A stretch of DNA of 64,000 nt from Raillietiella orientalis (lineage: Eukaryota): positions 434,001-498,000 of the forward strand of contig JAYWIR010000037.1 of NCBI GenBank assembly GCA_036172245.1, written 5' to 3'. Shown here one piece after another: positions 41,052 to 54,263 of the stretch. A model generated the notes under the pieces. The model had not been told where the DNA came from and ran no database searches. It saw nothing but the letters and a program-made list of their open reading frames with translations. The position numbers and the translations under genes were made by a program. Every line of letters begins with the position of its first letter. Position 1 is the stretch's first letter.

Positions 41052-43702
41052 ATGGATGAGTCGCAAAGTATTTCCAAGGTAAATTTAAACCAGAAATGCT
41101 GTATATTGTATAGTGGAAAATCAGGGATGATGATTTACCTGTATTAATTTTAGGCCTATCATGTTTTTAAAAGCTTCAAACAGAAAGAATCAAAAAAACA
41201 CAAAAATCTTCCTAGCGAATCGGTGCAAGGTTTTGAAGATTTGAAAATCGTAGACAGCTATCATGCATACAAACTGATATGGAGAAAGTTACAAAATAAA
41301 GTGAAGGTGTTTATGCTTTGAATCATTAATTCATACATATAAAGTTATCAACTATGATCCAGAATATTCTCACACTTTATATTTTATAGAAATTGGAAAT
41401 TAGCTTATACCAAACTCTGCTAGACGATATTATCAACTATATCAAAGACTCTAGTCATAATCTAAATCAGCCATCTGATGCGAAAATTTCAACTTCCATG
41501 ATTTCATTAGGTATACAGTTAGATTGATTTTCCTGTTTAAAAACTTTAGTAATAAAGCAAATCTTCCAAATGCAATCAGAATGTACTTTTCTTTAGGAGT
41601 CAATTTGTCTGATCACAAAGACTTATTTACTATGCTAAGTGAGAGAATAGAAGACGAATTGAATTTTCCAGTGTGCATCCTCCAGAATACCTCCTATAGC
41701 TCTTTATCAAAATTGTTAGAAGAATTAGTTCATCAATTTTTTTTGAAGTTGCAAGTGAGTTGGAATTGAAATTTATAATTTATACCTGTTTTTTGTTAGT
41801 GTTTGCTAACTTATCAGGCAAAGGATGAACTACATTTACACTCATCTGACATTAAACATTCAGATTGCACTCTGCCTAATTTGAGAACATGGTACAAGCA
41901 ACACTTGAAGTCAGATTTTCAATTAAAACATCCAGTAATGGTGGTTATTTTGCCACAGATAGATGGAGTCCCAGCAAATATGCTACAAGATTTCGTGCTT
42001 CTCCTCAGGTGAACAGCTGTCTGTACTGTTCATAAGTCTGTACTGATGCCATAGCTCCTATCAAGAGGAGATGCCATTTCAGTTTGTATTTGGTTTACCA
42101 ACTAGTGTTGAGGCCATGCAACAATTACTTCCACAAAGGGTGATCCGTTTCCTGACAATACGTCATTTTGCCACTAAATCTGCAACAGAACATTTAAGTT
42201 TATTGATAGATGAGGTTTAGTATTTGTTAGAATCTTTAAATTTGATGCTTTTTGAATAGGTGCTATTGCAGAATGTCACTTATTTCCAATTAGGAGGAAG
42301 CACTCTTCGTCTACTAATTGAGAGATTCCTATGTCAAGATTTGAGCATTAGCAGTTTCCTTATTGCAATAAAGGTTTGCAAATAATGATTCTAAGCAAAG
42401 TTTCACACTCCAATAGTTTTGCATTCTCGAACATTATATGAGTCATTCATTAACTCGGATCTGTGTCGATGATGAGCATTTGCCCCATAGTTTGGCTTCT
42501 CTCACTAGCAATGATCTCTCCATTCTATGGCAATTACCATCAGTGGCTCAGCATAAAAAAGAATCTGAAGGTGCATCCTGTCAGCTGGTATAGACTTCCT
42601 GTTACTTGCTAATTAATATTGTGATTAAAGAAAAAAGTTGAATCTTGGCTGAAAGATCTCCAGGTAGCCCATAGCAGACTGGTTGAATGTTGCCGTTTCC
42701 TACATTATTTATGTGGGGGTCTGCCTCATACCCCTTTAAGCAAACATCTGCGAGAGGTGTATTCACAAGCCATGGATGGCAGCTTTCTTCAATGTTCTGA
42801 TTACATACATTGTCTCGATTTGCTGCAAACTGTTGACTTGAAGTCTCTGTTGGCATCTGTTATAGACAAGATGCCTACTGATAGCCTATGGAGGTCAACT
42901 GCCACTCAGCTGATTAGTAAATTGGAAGCATCTCAGAATCAGTTTTGCAAATCATCTGATGTTGATCATCACATAGATATTTCATCAGCACGAACATGTT
43001 CTGAGTTGCAGCAGGTATGCTCGTTATTATCACAATGCAACTCAGGGATTTACTTTAGCGATTACTGGAGATCTCTGACATGAAAAAACAAAAATGGTTG
43101 CAACAAGAAAGTATCCAAAGACAAGTCCTTCTTGAGCTGCAAAGTGTGATCCAGGCTCACATAGTGTCTCCTTCCACTTTACCATTACATGAACTTGTTG
43201 TATTTGATAAACCATTACTTGTTCGTCATCACCTGTTACCTTCTCATCATTATGTATTGCAGAAAGCACTGCGCAATCCTTGGATTTATTTTGGATGCCA
43301 CTGCTGCAAACTGTCTGATATTACAGCTATATTACCTTCATTACCAGATACATGTATTCTATACAAATTGCATTTGGAATTTGGTACAAAGATTAACTTA
43401 TATGATTGGATGTGTGCATTCCGTTCTATCATTTGCCCAGAAGACTTAGAAGGTGAAATATCCAAAGAAGTTCAGTATCCTATTTTTATCAACAAATTTC
43501 AAATACATTTTCTATAGACTCCAATCAATTCTGTAGATGTATGTCAAATTTTTAGTACATCTTTCATCGTGCATTTTTGATCCTTAACGTATGATTCAGA
43601 ATTCGATTTATGAATGCAGTTGCTGAATTGACATTTTTAGGTTACATCAAGTCAATTGCTAACAATCCACACTTTGTACTTCGGCTCACCCATGATCATT
43701 GA
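41052..43702 (+). CDS. ORC3: Origin recognition complex subunit 3
   Basis: Exons 41052-41078, 41154-41306, 41390-41510, 41597-41754, 41818-42008, 42055-42214, 42260-42373, 42417-42587, 42631-43014, 43059-43474, 43600-43702 join to 1998 nt (665 aa) with no internal stop. Motifs resembling ORC3: SISK|AYHVFK, LGVNLSDH, LQDFVLLLS..FVFGLPTS, LPHTPLSKHLREVY, LPDTCILYKLHLEFGTKINLYDWMCAF, and the C-terminal winged helix IRFMNAVAELTFLGYIK...VLRLT. AATAAA at 43793-43798. Confidence 0.93.
43475..43599 (+). other. U12-type (minor spliceosome) GT-AG intron, last intron of ORC3
   Basis: The 5' splice site is GTATCCTAT (U12 consensus GTATCCTTT). A perfect U12 branch motif TCCTTAAC lies at 43581-43588, ending 11 nt before the intron end, with no polypyrimidine tract before CAG. 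Splicing restores the frame (CA|A = Gln, then IRFMNAV). Confidence 0.88.
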
Positions 43703-45127
43703 AAAAGGTTAATAGATTACTCATTCTGGAATTAATGTATTTTTTAGTTACATCTCAAGAAAACCAGATGGTCAATTCTGCAGCATAAGATAAATAAATA
43801 AGAGTTTTGTGTTTGTATTTTCTTTTGTTAAAGTCATTTTTACGTCAGGTTCCAAGTAAGGCAAATACTGTACCCAAAACAGTTACAGATAACATTCAAC
43901 CGACATTGATTTCAAATGGGATGTGACGGGATCATGAACTCATCTACCGAATAAAAAATCGGATTCCGAAAATTAAAGTTTCCGGGAATAACACTAGATG
44001 CATATATTACTGTATGCTGAATTCTTCGACATGTATTTTATTTTATGTTGACACGCGACTTTAAAACAGGACAACAGTGAACACGAGGTATTTTGATCAA
44101 TCAATCAAAAACGATGGGTATGGTCCACCAGTTGGATTAATACGCTGTTGTACAAAGTTGCCCTAAGGCAGGCAGTACCCTGTTTGCTGCAGGGTAAGTA
44201 CCATGTACCCTGCTTTCAAAGTGCTATTCGCGAAAAAGTGCGGCATGCCACGTAACAGTTACATTAATCGTTTGCCATGTAAAAATGGCTCAAACTGAAT
44301 AGGTGTTAGAGCTCAGAGGCTTTAAAAGTAGCTTCGAAAATAAGATTCATTACATAATTCGGGTAAGTACGTGGGAGCAGTGCTTTTGTTTGTAAAATTG
44401 AATTGTATCAAAAGCACAGTATCTACACGAAAATAATTTCGTTTAAATACAAAGAACAAATATAGGATGCCAAGATCTTAGCAAAAGCAGATCATCTCAT
44501 GAATTCTTTCAATGATGGGGACTGATTAATCAGAAATTTGGAATACTTTTGTGCAAACAGGGTTTTTCACTGGATCAACACTATTTAAATTGGATTTATC
44601 TCCGAAAACCCAGAGTAAAGTGAATCTATGAAGATGACCCACAATTGTAATCAACAGTTCTAACACTGCTTTTTTTTCTCTCAAGTTCCTAACGGTTAGA
44701 ATAAAACAAAAGCATTTCGTATTAATATATCCGTGGTTCAGATTCCAACTGTGTAACTTCAAGTTATTTATTCAAAAAAAAAAAACCGTTTCATTAGTTC
44801 TGTATGTTCATAATGATTGCAATCCACATTACAAATGGATGACAGTGGCCGAAGAAAAAAAAGTGAGGCTGTTATAGAAACAAAATTTAAAAGTTATGAA
44901 GCTTTAGCAACAGTCACAAATTAGCTAAAATCAATTGAAAAATGAGTAACAAATAATCTAATCATAGAGAAATGCAGATAACAAAGAGAATCGAGTGGAT
45001 AGTTGTGAAAGTAGTTAAGTAGGTAAAAAATAAATAGGTGAATATGAAATATATGAGATTAAATACATCAATCGAAGTACGTATGCAGAATAGTATGGTT
45101 TGAGGACATTTTTATGGAAAATGATGA

Positions 45128-45190
45128 AAAGGATACATCAGTAATTCAAAGGATACTTCAGTACATAATTCAAAAGGATACTTCAGTACT
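45128..45190. repeat. Short imperfect tandem repeat (3 copies of AAAGGATAC(A/T)TCAGTA)
   Basis: aaaggatacatcagta-attc-aaaggatacttcagta-cataattca-aaaggatacttcagta. Confidence 0.8.
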
Positions 45191-46387
45191 TGAAAAGTTC
45201 AGTAGTAATTCATTGAATACAAACTCGTGAAAAATCGATAGAATTCGTCTTGGAACTTTGTGGTTTTTCGCGAAAACTGACCAACTGCATAGAATTTCTA
45301 CTCTTATCCTTGAACTCTATTAAACTAATATTTCTGGAGACATCTTTTTTACGCTTGTTCTCAACATTGTCATATTGATCGATATGCACACTAAAAACAA
45401 GATCCTTCTGCAGTTTATAGTATAATGCAGAGATGTTACTCTAGAATATAGTTTTGGGTAGAAGTCGAAATTGTTAAGCCACTTCAGAATCTGAAGAGGG
45501 TGAAATCGTCGATAGTTACGTAGCCACTTCTGAACATCTCATACATGTATTGGTGCAGGAGAAATTAATTTTCTTTCGTGATGATGAAACTCTTGGAAAA
45601 TGATTCGTGATGAGAGAGTGAGAAGTATTGCCCATTTCTAAATTGTGAGCACGACAAATCATAATCTGAATCTATATGCCAGTCTTTGCGGTCTAACCAT
45701 TCTTTAATGATACAAACTTTGTACATTTTTTTCAGAAGTGAAATAATTGCTCTTTTTGTTATGTTCAAGGTCAAATGCTACCATCTTGACAAAAGAAGCT
45801 TTAGACACTTATTTACTTGCGAACTGATATATGCACTGTATTGTCAATGGATACTATATTTTGTAATCTTCAAATAGTGTTGAAGATTTCCAGTGTTGTC
45901 TGTTTAACCATTTTCAATATTGTCATTAAAAGTGTGTTAGACGGCAATCATCTATCTTGGCAAATAAGCATTAGCAAACAATTGTATATTAAGAAATCTT
46001 ATTCAGATATATCTTGTTTGAAAATTATGGTATTTTTTAAATGATGTAATTTCAGAACTATAATGAAGCATTATTCTTATGAGTAGATCTCAGTTTGTGA
46101 ATGTACATTTGTAATTGATTGGTAATTTTTAACTATTCATCATCATATGAAGGAATAAGAAACGATAAATCAAGTCCGATTGCAACATTATGTACTTATA
46201 TTCCATGTAATGTTATCGGAACATGATAAATTTTAGGATTTCTTTTATGCATAGCTGTCTCTTATCGTAATAATTGCAGTCTTTCGTATAAATGAATGCA
46301 TTACATAAAAATGTATAGGTACATTAATGGATTAAAGATGAATGGTGGATAAGAAAATCTATGCAAGAAATATTCAAGCATCACATT

Positions 46388-46473
46388 TTTATTTATAAGT
46401 TTTTGGTGTATTTACAGATAAAGGAATTTTCACATTCCTTTATCTGTAAATACACCAAAAACTTATAAATAAA
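46388..46473. repeat. Perfect 40-bp inverted repeat with 6-nt spacer
   Basis: TTTATTTATAAGTTTTTGGTGTATTTACAGATAAAGGAAT (46388-46427), then TTTCAC, then the exact reverse complement (46434-46473). Confidence 0.95.
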
Positions 46474-47716
46474 TTGGAGAATATCAAAAAGACGGGCGAA
46501 GTTTTTACAGTTTTGTCATATTGAAAGGCTCCATTGTACACCGATAATTACAATTTTCGGCGTAGAACAGATTTAGAAAGAGCTCCGTAAAAACACAATA
46601 CGTTTATTAATATGTTTGTTATTGTTTCTTAATATTATCATAATTGCATTTTCATTTGCAAAGCATAAAAACGCAACGTACTGCACTGATAGCGCTCTGT
46701 GAGCAAGAATACTAGATCCTGTATTAAAATCAGTATTTAAAATGGAAATATGCAAGTCAGCTCTGTAAATGTCGGGAAAACCATTTATAAATTAATCCAC
46801 TTAATAAATAATTTTATTTTTGTTAGTAAATTGATACTTAAATCATAAACAAAGGTGGTAATGGGTTGAACTTTGGTAGGCATGTCTGTGAATCGCCTAA
46901 ATGTGTATACGATTACAGTGGATTAAATTCAAAACTTGCTGGACTTGATCAGCAATTGTATCAAAACAAATGTATTTTTGCAGTCTACAGTTATAAGTGG
47001 TCGTAATTCTCGTGAACTTAAATTTCATTATAGCAATACTTCCACTTGATGTCCTCTTTCGCCCCCAAAACACACACACCGTATTTTTATGACAGCAGCT
47101 TGCGTGCATTTGCAAGTGGGGGGTGCAAATGGTACCTAATGCCCTGATCTGCTCATATCACAAAGCAGCGATTGAAAAATGTTTGTTGACCATCTCTCGT
47201 GCCTGGGTTCTGAGTTCGCTCCAAGCCATCATATCTAAGCTTAGTTTCGAATGGAGATACATTTGTGGTCGCGTTGATTTGACCTGCAGACTTAAAGCAG
47301 TGTTACAAAATTCCAATGTGATACGTTAAGCGGGTTAATGCATATTTCATGAGAAAAATGTATTTTAAAAAGAATGCGGTTGATTTTTATTAGTACATCT
47401 CGTGGACGAAAGTATACAGGGATCGCTGTTTATATGTTGAAAGGAAAGTAATGTCTCCAATTCAGTTTGATCTTGTAATCTCAACATCCTAACATAACCG
47501 TTTCAGTAATAGTAGCAAATTTATCGCGTACCCCATTCCCATTGAGCAATTAAAGTGATTAGCAAGTGCCCTAATAGTAGTATTTCAAAACTGTTGAAAA
47601 CTAAGAAAATTGTATTTCCACATTTTAGTTTTGTTGATCACATATAAATGAACAAAAGCTAAAAAGAAACCACATTATTGAAGTAATATTTGGGTTTACA
47701 CTCCCACATAGCAAGT

Positions 47717-48836
47717 ATGAGTTCAATAGGCACTGGAGTGAGTAACATAAACCCTTTGAAAGAAAGCAGCATATAGGTATATTCTCTTTTGTAGTATGAC
47801 TTGTCGGCATCACAGTTTTCACCAGATGGTAAAGTGTTCCAAGTTGAATATGCACAAAAAGCTGTTGAAAATAGTGGGTATGTTGACTTGAAGAATTTTC
47901 TTATAAAATTAAAAATGAATTGTTGATTGTATACATGCACCCAAATCATTACAATTTTAAAATTTTCGTTGTTGTTTCATATTTTTATCAGTACTGTTAT
48001 TGGCTTGAGAGGCAAAGATGGTGTTGTGTTTGCTGTGGAAAAGCTTGTCACATCCAAGCTGTATGAACCTGGAGCTAATAAGCGAATATTCAATATTGAT
48101 TTGTATACAGGCATGGTAAAAAGATATCAGCATGAAGTGATAATCTGAGTATTTCTTACTTTACAGGCTGTAGCTGGACTGCTCGCTGATGCTAGGCAAA
48201 TAGTACAGACAGCAAGATTGGAGGCTGCTGATTACAGATCTCAGTATGGAACAGTAATTCCAGTGAAGGTAATATCTGTACTTTATCTGGCCAAATATTT
48301 TTCCATTGTAGTATCTTTCTGATCGTGTGTCTATGTACATGCATGCACACACATTGTATAGTTTCATTAGACCCTTTGGATGCAGCATAATGCTGGCAGC
48401 TTATGAAGGAGATACTCCTCGGTTATTCATGACGGATCCTTCTGGAATTTATTATGTAAGCATGCAGATGCCATTAAGTCCACCAAAAGTTTTTAGGGTT
48501 ATATTGGATGTGCAATTGGAAAGGCAAGACAGAATGCAAAAACTGAAATTGAGAAACTGAAATTGAAAGAACTTAGTTGCGAAGAGCTGGTGAAGGAAGC
48601 TGCTCGTATGTAAGTTTCATGCAGCATTGCAAACAGTTTGCATGAAAATTCGTGTTTCTAGCATCCATATAGTCCATGATGAAGTCAAAGATAAAGCATT
48701 TGAATTGGAGCTGAGTTGGGTTGGCAAAGTTACAAATGGACATCATGAGACTGTACCAAAAAATATACATCAGGAGGCAGAAAAATATGCTAAAGCATCT
48801 GTGGAAGAAGATTCAGAATCAGATGAAGATATGTAA
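47717..48836 (+). CDS. PSMA3: 20S proteasome subunit alpha type-3 (alpha7)
   Basis: Exons 47717-47737, 47795-47877, 47992-48115, 48167-48268, 48312-48455, 48497-48609, 48662-48836 give 253 aa: [35 protein letters not shown]...[14 protein letters not shown]...[13 protein letters not shown]...[14 protein letters not shown]...[17 protein letters not shown]...[14 protein letters not shown] at 48985-48990. Confidence 0.97.
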
Positions 48837-51249
48837 CATCCTAACTTTGCATATCTTCAATCATATTGTTCATTAGTCATTAATCAGTTATTGAAAGAAG
48901 AGCATTGATTGCAAGAGTTGATGGATTTGGAAGCAAGTCATGGAAATCCACAGCAAAGTTCATGTCAGTATTCAGCTGACACGAAATAAACAGAAGCTTA
49001 ATTTTTTCATGGCTTTTTTTTTTTAATTATTGCTTTGAAGTGTTTCAGAACAGTTGCAAAATTTTTTCCATGTGTAGATATTTCTGGTCATTAGCATCTT
49101 TGATAAAGTCAGAAGTGTGAAGTTTAATAGCCTTCATTTATGCCATTAAGGTTTTTGATTGCTTTTTGTTTTGTTTTGATTTTTGGTTCTTTGTTTTCGA
49201 CTTTACACAAATTGGTACTGTTTGGAGTTATAGTGTCAACTTTTGGAAGTCTTTCCTCACCAAAATGAGAGTCAGCAGCATCAAAATGCATTTATTCATA
49301 GAAATTGGAAAACCATAAGTTTGGGTTGAGTATCAACTGGCACATAACCACAAAATACAAACATGTGCATAGCCCCAGTTGCAACATAATTTAATTAGCA
49401 AGTTTGTTTTGAGCGAAATTTTCATATAAGGTACTTTCTGAAAGGAAACTTAGTAAAGGGATAATAATTTTTGTATTGGACTTTGTTGATTTGATAGATA
49501 TTCACAAAAGAAAAATATCCACATTCTGTGAATTTGAAAAGTAGACTGAAAGAATGTCCTTCATTACAATTTTCGGAAATGATTCTGTAATTACGAACAA
49601 TTTTCAAAGAAGGAATGAAATGCCCAATAATGTGAGAAACAGAATTGAAATCAAATGTAAAGAATGTGTTTCAATTTTGAGGTTTGCATTTCAGAATTCT
49701 TGCAATAAATAATAGAGGGTGTGTTGGTATTTACACAATTTATCTATATCTATCTGCATTGATGCTTTTACTTTATGGTATATCTTAAATAACAACATGT
49801 AGCATCAATGAAAGAACAGTTATTCCAAAAGGTTAAATCGTTTTTTTTTGAGATCTTCAGAAGGTTGTGGAGAACCTAAGAAAGAGGCAGAAATAATGAA
49901 TGAGCATTCCTCATTATATAAACCATGAATACTAGTGAGACTTTGAATATGAGCAAAAAAAGGGAAATTGTGGAGTGAACATTTGCTGTTAGTCAGATTC
50001 TAATAATGAGGAGAGTAAGCTGTTGCAATGGGAGCTTGACTAAAAACCTCGAGCCAGGTTCAAATGAAATGATGTTCAATACAGATATTTAACTGTTTGG
50101 AAGCTTTTACTGGTAAATGTGTTTCTTAGGTTGAGAAAGATGCTTCAATGGAGAGCAGTCCATATAATAGTATAATATCAGAGATTTCTTCATTCAAAAT
50201 TTAGTAACATCAAAGCCAAAACAAATTTTAAATTCATGTGAATAACTAAAGACTATTTGGCAATCTTAGGAATATATATATAAGTAATTATGTAACTAAA
50301 AATTTCTAATATGTATGTGGCTAATTAGTTTTTTTCTGTATGCTTAATTAGTTTGATTTTATTTATCCTGCATCTGTTTTCAGAACATCAGAGTCCCTAC
50401 CCATTGCTTTATTAGTGTTATATCTTAAAAAGACTTGAGAATGAGCACAGTTTTATTTAAAGTATTGAAAATGTATCTTCCATGGCGTATGCTTTCATTT
50501 TATCTTAGTTTATTTGAGCAATTGTACAAACAGTTCACAATTCTGTTGCATGCAAACTACAAAATCGGATATTGTAATAGATCTTGTTTGGCAAACTGCC
50601 TGTATATCTTTAGTTTGTTAAGCCTCTTTAGACCTGCTCTCAAGCAATCTGTATTTTAAAAAAGAAAAATCAACAGCATTTCTGTTTTAGAGGATGTTAA
50701 GAATTCTCAGTTGATTCTAGGGAGGTAGTTTTTAAGTGCTTTTTTGGTTCTCTTGTAAGAAATCAACCTTACGAGCCTTTGTTGCTTTCGACGCCTTTCA
50801 TACATAAGTCTCATTCGTTTTGTTGCCATCTCAGCTTCATTCACTGTTTCACAAACATGAAAGAACTTATGTCTGTCTCACTTCTGTTGACTCTGATTTA
50901 CAGTTTATGTTTACAAAGGATTTAATTAATGATTTTTGGGTGCGTGTAGAAGCACTATAGAACTGTTTTATTTTTAGGAAAATTTTTTTTCCATTTCCTT
51001 CAGATTTTGATTTTAGCCTTTTAAAATTTATATTAAATGGGAACTTAACGAAAAAATGCTTGTTTTTATCTTAAGTCAAATTCAGAATATTCTCTGAAAG
51101 CCAACTATATATACTTCAGGTAACAGAACGTATCTCATTGCAATAACTGATCTCATTGAAAATAAACGAGGATCTCCTGTCAAAGACAACTAAACTGGAT
51201 TATTAAGTCTGTTGCTATGGCTTCCTGATTTCTATGCAAACTAAGCTTT

Positions 51250-52008
51250 TTTGCCCAAGCTTTCATGACCACGCGCCCCCAAGCAGGACTGTTTCGCTTG
51301 AGCACGGAGACGAATGGAAGATTCACCCACAGAACGCGAGAGTCTTGGAAACAGCTGCCGCATCAGGCGTGGCTGCTGATGACCAAAGCCAACATCAAGG
51401 AAGAAACCCAGAAGAAACACCAAGACGACGACGAGGCCCTCAATGCAGCCTCGGGCCGCTACGGACTTGCGCATGCAAATATGCAGGCGGTCAGGGCTGC
51501 AATAAGCAGGAGCAATCTTCCCCCGGGCACCCAGGACGACCTCCTGTTGTTCCATCACGGAGGGATCCTGAGTGATTCTAGGCTGCGACACTGGACCGGG
51601 AACATCCAAGACGGACTCTGCAAGGAATGTGGAGCGGAAGAAACGCAGCTCCACGCGTTCACCTGGGCCCACGCTGCGTCCTGATTGGTGGGAGATGAAG
51701 GCGGTGACCGGCCTGCAGAGAAGCAAGAAGACGAAATTCTGGAGGGTTTGTTTCATGGGAACGGAAATGTTCCCTTGTGCAACCCGATGGTTCGAACCAA
51801 GCTTGCCCTCTTCATCACAGCAATTGTGATCAGAAGCGCAAAGATGCATACATCCAAGAGAAGAGCGATGGCACTGGACATCCTGAAAGCACTGGTGATG
51901 AAAGAGGTAGGGATCAGAAAATGCGGAAGGGTCCTGTTTTGGACATATCGCTACATTCTCAGGAGGATTGAAAATTATTCCCAGGCACAAGGAACAACCC
52001 CCCGCCCA
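51250..52008 (+). mobile_element. 3' coding end of a divergent L1/Tx1-like LINE (zf-RVT region), interrupted by the element at 52009; resumes at 54264
   Basis: LLLFHHGGILSDSRLRHWTGNIQDGLCKECGAEETQLHAF parallels LLLLHWGLLSRARLSRWTTGNVDASCAECGERETFPHL of the neighbouring copy. Removing the insert restores ...GTTPRPP-TGA (stop 54279-54281). Confidence 0.7.
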
Positions 52009-54263
52009 GGCGCAGCTACGTCGGGAAAGTCCTGGACTCTCCATTGACAGGGGGGAGGGAAGCCGGGAAGAAGATGCGGCGCCTGGAGCCCTAGCGGTCG
52101 CAGTCGATTTGCGTAAAGCTTTCGACTGCGTCGACCAGGAGCTCCTTCTGGAGCTCCTGGAACGCTTGGGATTTCCGGCCGTCTTCCTGGCCTACCTGCG
52201 CTCCTGCTGGCGCTTCGCGTACATCAATATTAATTTCAGCGGCCGGCACGTGTTCGGCGTGCCGGTTCGGAGTGGCATCCGGCAGGGTGACAGCCTCAGC
52301 CCCCTGCTCTTCAGCATCTACTTTGAGTTGGTGCTGAGAGCATACAGGGAGACTTTGGCAACACTGCCGAGCTCGTGTCCCGGCACGCCTGCCGTGTCGG
52401 CCTATGCCGACGATCTTCTGCTCCTGCTTCCCGGGTCCACCCCGGCATCGGCGCTCGAGGATTTCTTCGAGTTGCTATACCGTGGGACAGGCCTCCAGGT
52501 GAACAGGACGAAGTCGTCGTTGCTTTTCACCGACTCGACGAGGGCCGGACGGTCGGACTGGATCCGCTTGGGGATCCCCACGGGCAGGTACATCAAGTAC
52601 TTTGGCGTTCCGTTGGGGGACTTCTGCTCTGCAGAAGCCTGGTCCGACCGTCTACAAAAAGTGGAGCTGGCGATCGGCCCGTTCCGGGACGGCAAGTTCC
52701 ACTTGCAGGAACGGGCCACGGTATGGAACGCTTTCGCGGCCCTCCTCCTTCGCCCCCTACTTTTTGTGTGCCCTACCCCTCACCAAATTAGGACACGGAC
52801 TAGGGGCCTTATACGGAAAGCCCTCTGGGGCAACCGGAGGCCTCGCGTCCGGCTCAAAGACTTGTGCGCTCCACGCAGGGACGGTGGACTTGGTCTCCTG
52901 ACGTTGGAGCGCATGGAGCGACAGCTCCAATTCAGAAAACTTGCCCTTGTGGCAAAGTTTTGGACAGCACCCTGGTGTGCACCAGCAAGACTCCTTGCTC
53001 ACAGGGCAACCGGCTGCTTCGGATTGACTTCAATCCTGGTAGCCAACGAACGCAGCCTGAACCATTGTGGTTATCAGCTGCGGGATTTGGTTGCTCTGAT
53101 GAGAGACAACCCTTGGATCTCCTGCATCCCAGCGGACTGGACTACCTGGCTTCAGGAGTCCGTATCCGCATGGGCGAAGATCAATGGCACCAGCGATGAG
53201 GACTTCTCCTGCCTCCGCAGAGGGAGGCACGCTGGTCAGCCACTACAGGAGATCGTTTCCAACCCACGGAAACTTCTGTGGGCTTCCTTCACCCCCCTTG
53301 CCCCAGTGCTGCCCTCCCTCAGGGAAGTTCGGGACAGCAACCAACAGGCATCGTGGGAAGTGTCCTGCCTCATCGGAGGCAGGAAGAAATCACTGAAGGC
53401 ATGGACGCCGAGGGAACTAGCGGACGCTAGTACCCCGAGTGTCCCGCCGAACGGACTTTTACGCTGGGGCGCGCTACTCGGTATACCTCCGGAGGAGGTG
53501 AAGTGGCCCCCAGCGTCATGGGACAACGGCACCCTTCCCCTGCAGTGGCAGGAGACGGCATTGCTTCTGCTCCACTGGGGACTTTTAAGCAGAGCACGCC
53601 TGTCTCGCTGGACAACGGGGAATGTGGATGCTAGTTGTGCAGAGTGCGGGGAAAGGGAGACCTTCCCCCACTTGATTCTGGAGTGTGTTGCCCTCCACGA
53701 AATGTGGGACAGACTCTCGTCGATCCTCAACATTCCGGAGGGTGACCCAAAAAATTTATTCAGACGCCTTCTGACGCGAGACGGCTTGCCAGCCTCCGGG
53801 AGCGTAGCAGTGCTCTGCTGCATACGCGGTATCCTGGAGAAGTGGACCGCGTCTAGGAGAGGAAGGACCAGCCGGAAGGCCATCCACTGGGCAGCGATCT
53901 CCTTGGAGAAAGCGTGCCGTTGGCGCCGACTTCAAAAACATTTGCCAGCACTTGTTCGCATCCGAAACCGGATGCAAAGGCCTGCTCACGGCGCACCGTG
54001 ATACCCTCCCTCCCTCCCCCTCCCCAGAAAACTTTGCCCTCCAGACGTTTTTCTTTTTTGTTTTTGTTTTCTTTTATTTTTCCCGTCCCGGCGCCAGTGA
54101 AGGACCTGATCGGCCTCCGGGTCGGTAAGGACAAGTGCTACTGAACTTCTGAACTGAACTTCTGACGTCGAAAAAAGAAAAATGTTAACAACATAGACTT
54201 TGTTACAAAATTTTGTAACTTCAAAATTTTAGTAATAAAAGCCCCGGCTTACCCGGGTGAAAT
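52009..54263 (+). mobile_element. 5'-truncated L1/Tx1-like non-LTR retrotransposon with an uninterrupted RT-to-C-terminus frame and 12-bp TSD
   Basis: The open frame to TGA at 54001 has RT motifs AVDLRKAFD, GIRQGDSLSPLLF, AYADD, KYFG, LCAPRRDGGLG and C-terminal CCHC CAECGERETFPHLILEC. It is flanked by ACCCCCCGCCCA at 51997-52008 and 54264-54275, and ends AATAAAA-GCCCCGGCTTACCCGGGTG-AAA. Confidence 0.93.

Noticed and set aside
51968..52008. N-terminus of the 677-aa ORF as a real start of a stand-alone RT gene
   Set aside because: It begins at TTG inside the older host element. The TSD shows the insert starts at 52009, and RT domains 0-2 and the endonuclease are missing, so this is a chance fusion.
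54140..54166. CTGAACTT repeats as a hammerhead core or as the element's tandem-repeat tail
   Set aside because: No CTGANGA...GAAA core with flanking stems, not shared by other copies, and the TSD places the true 3' end about 100 nt further on.
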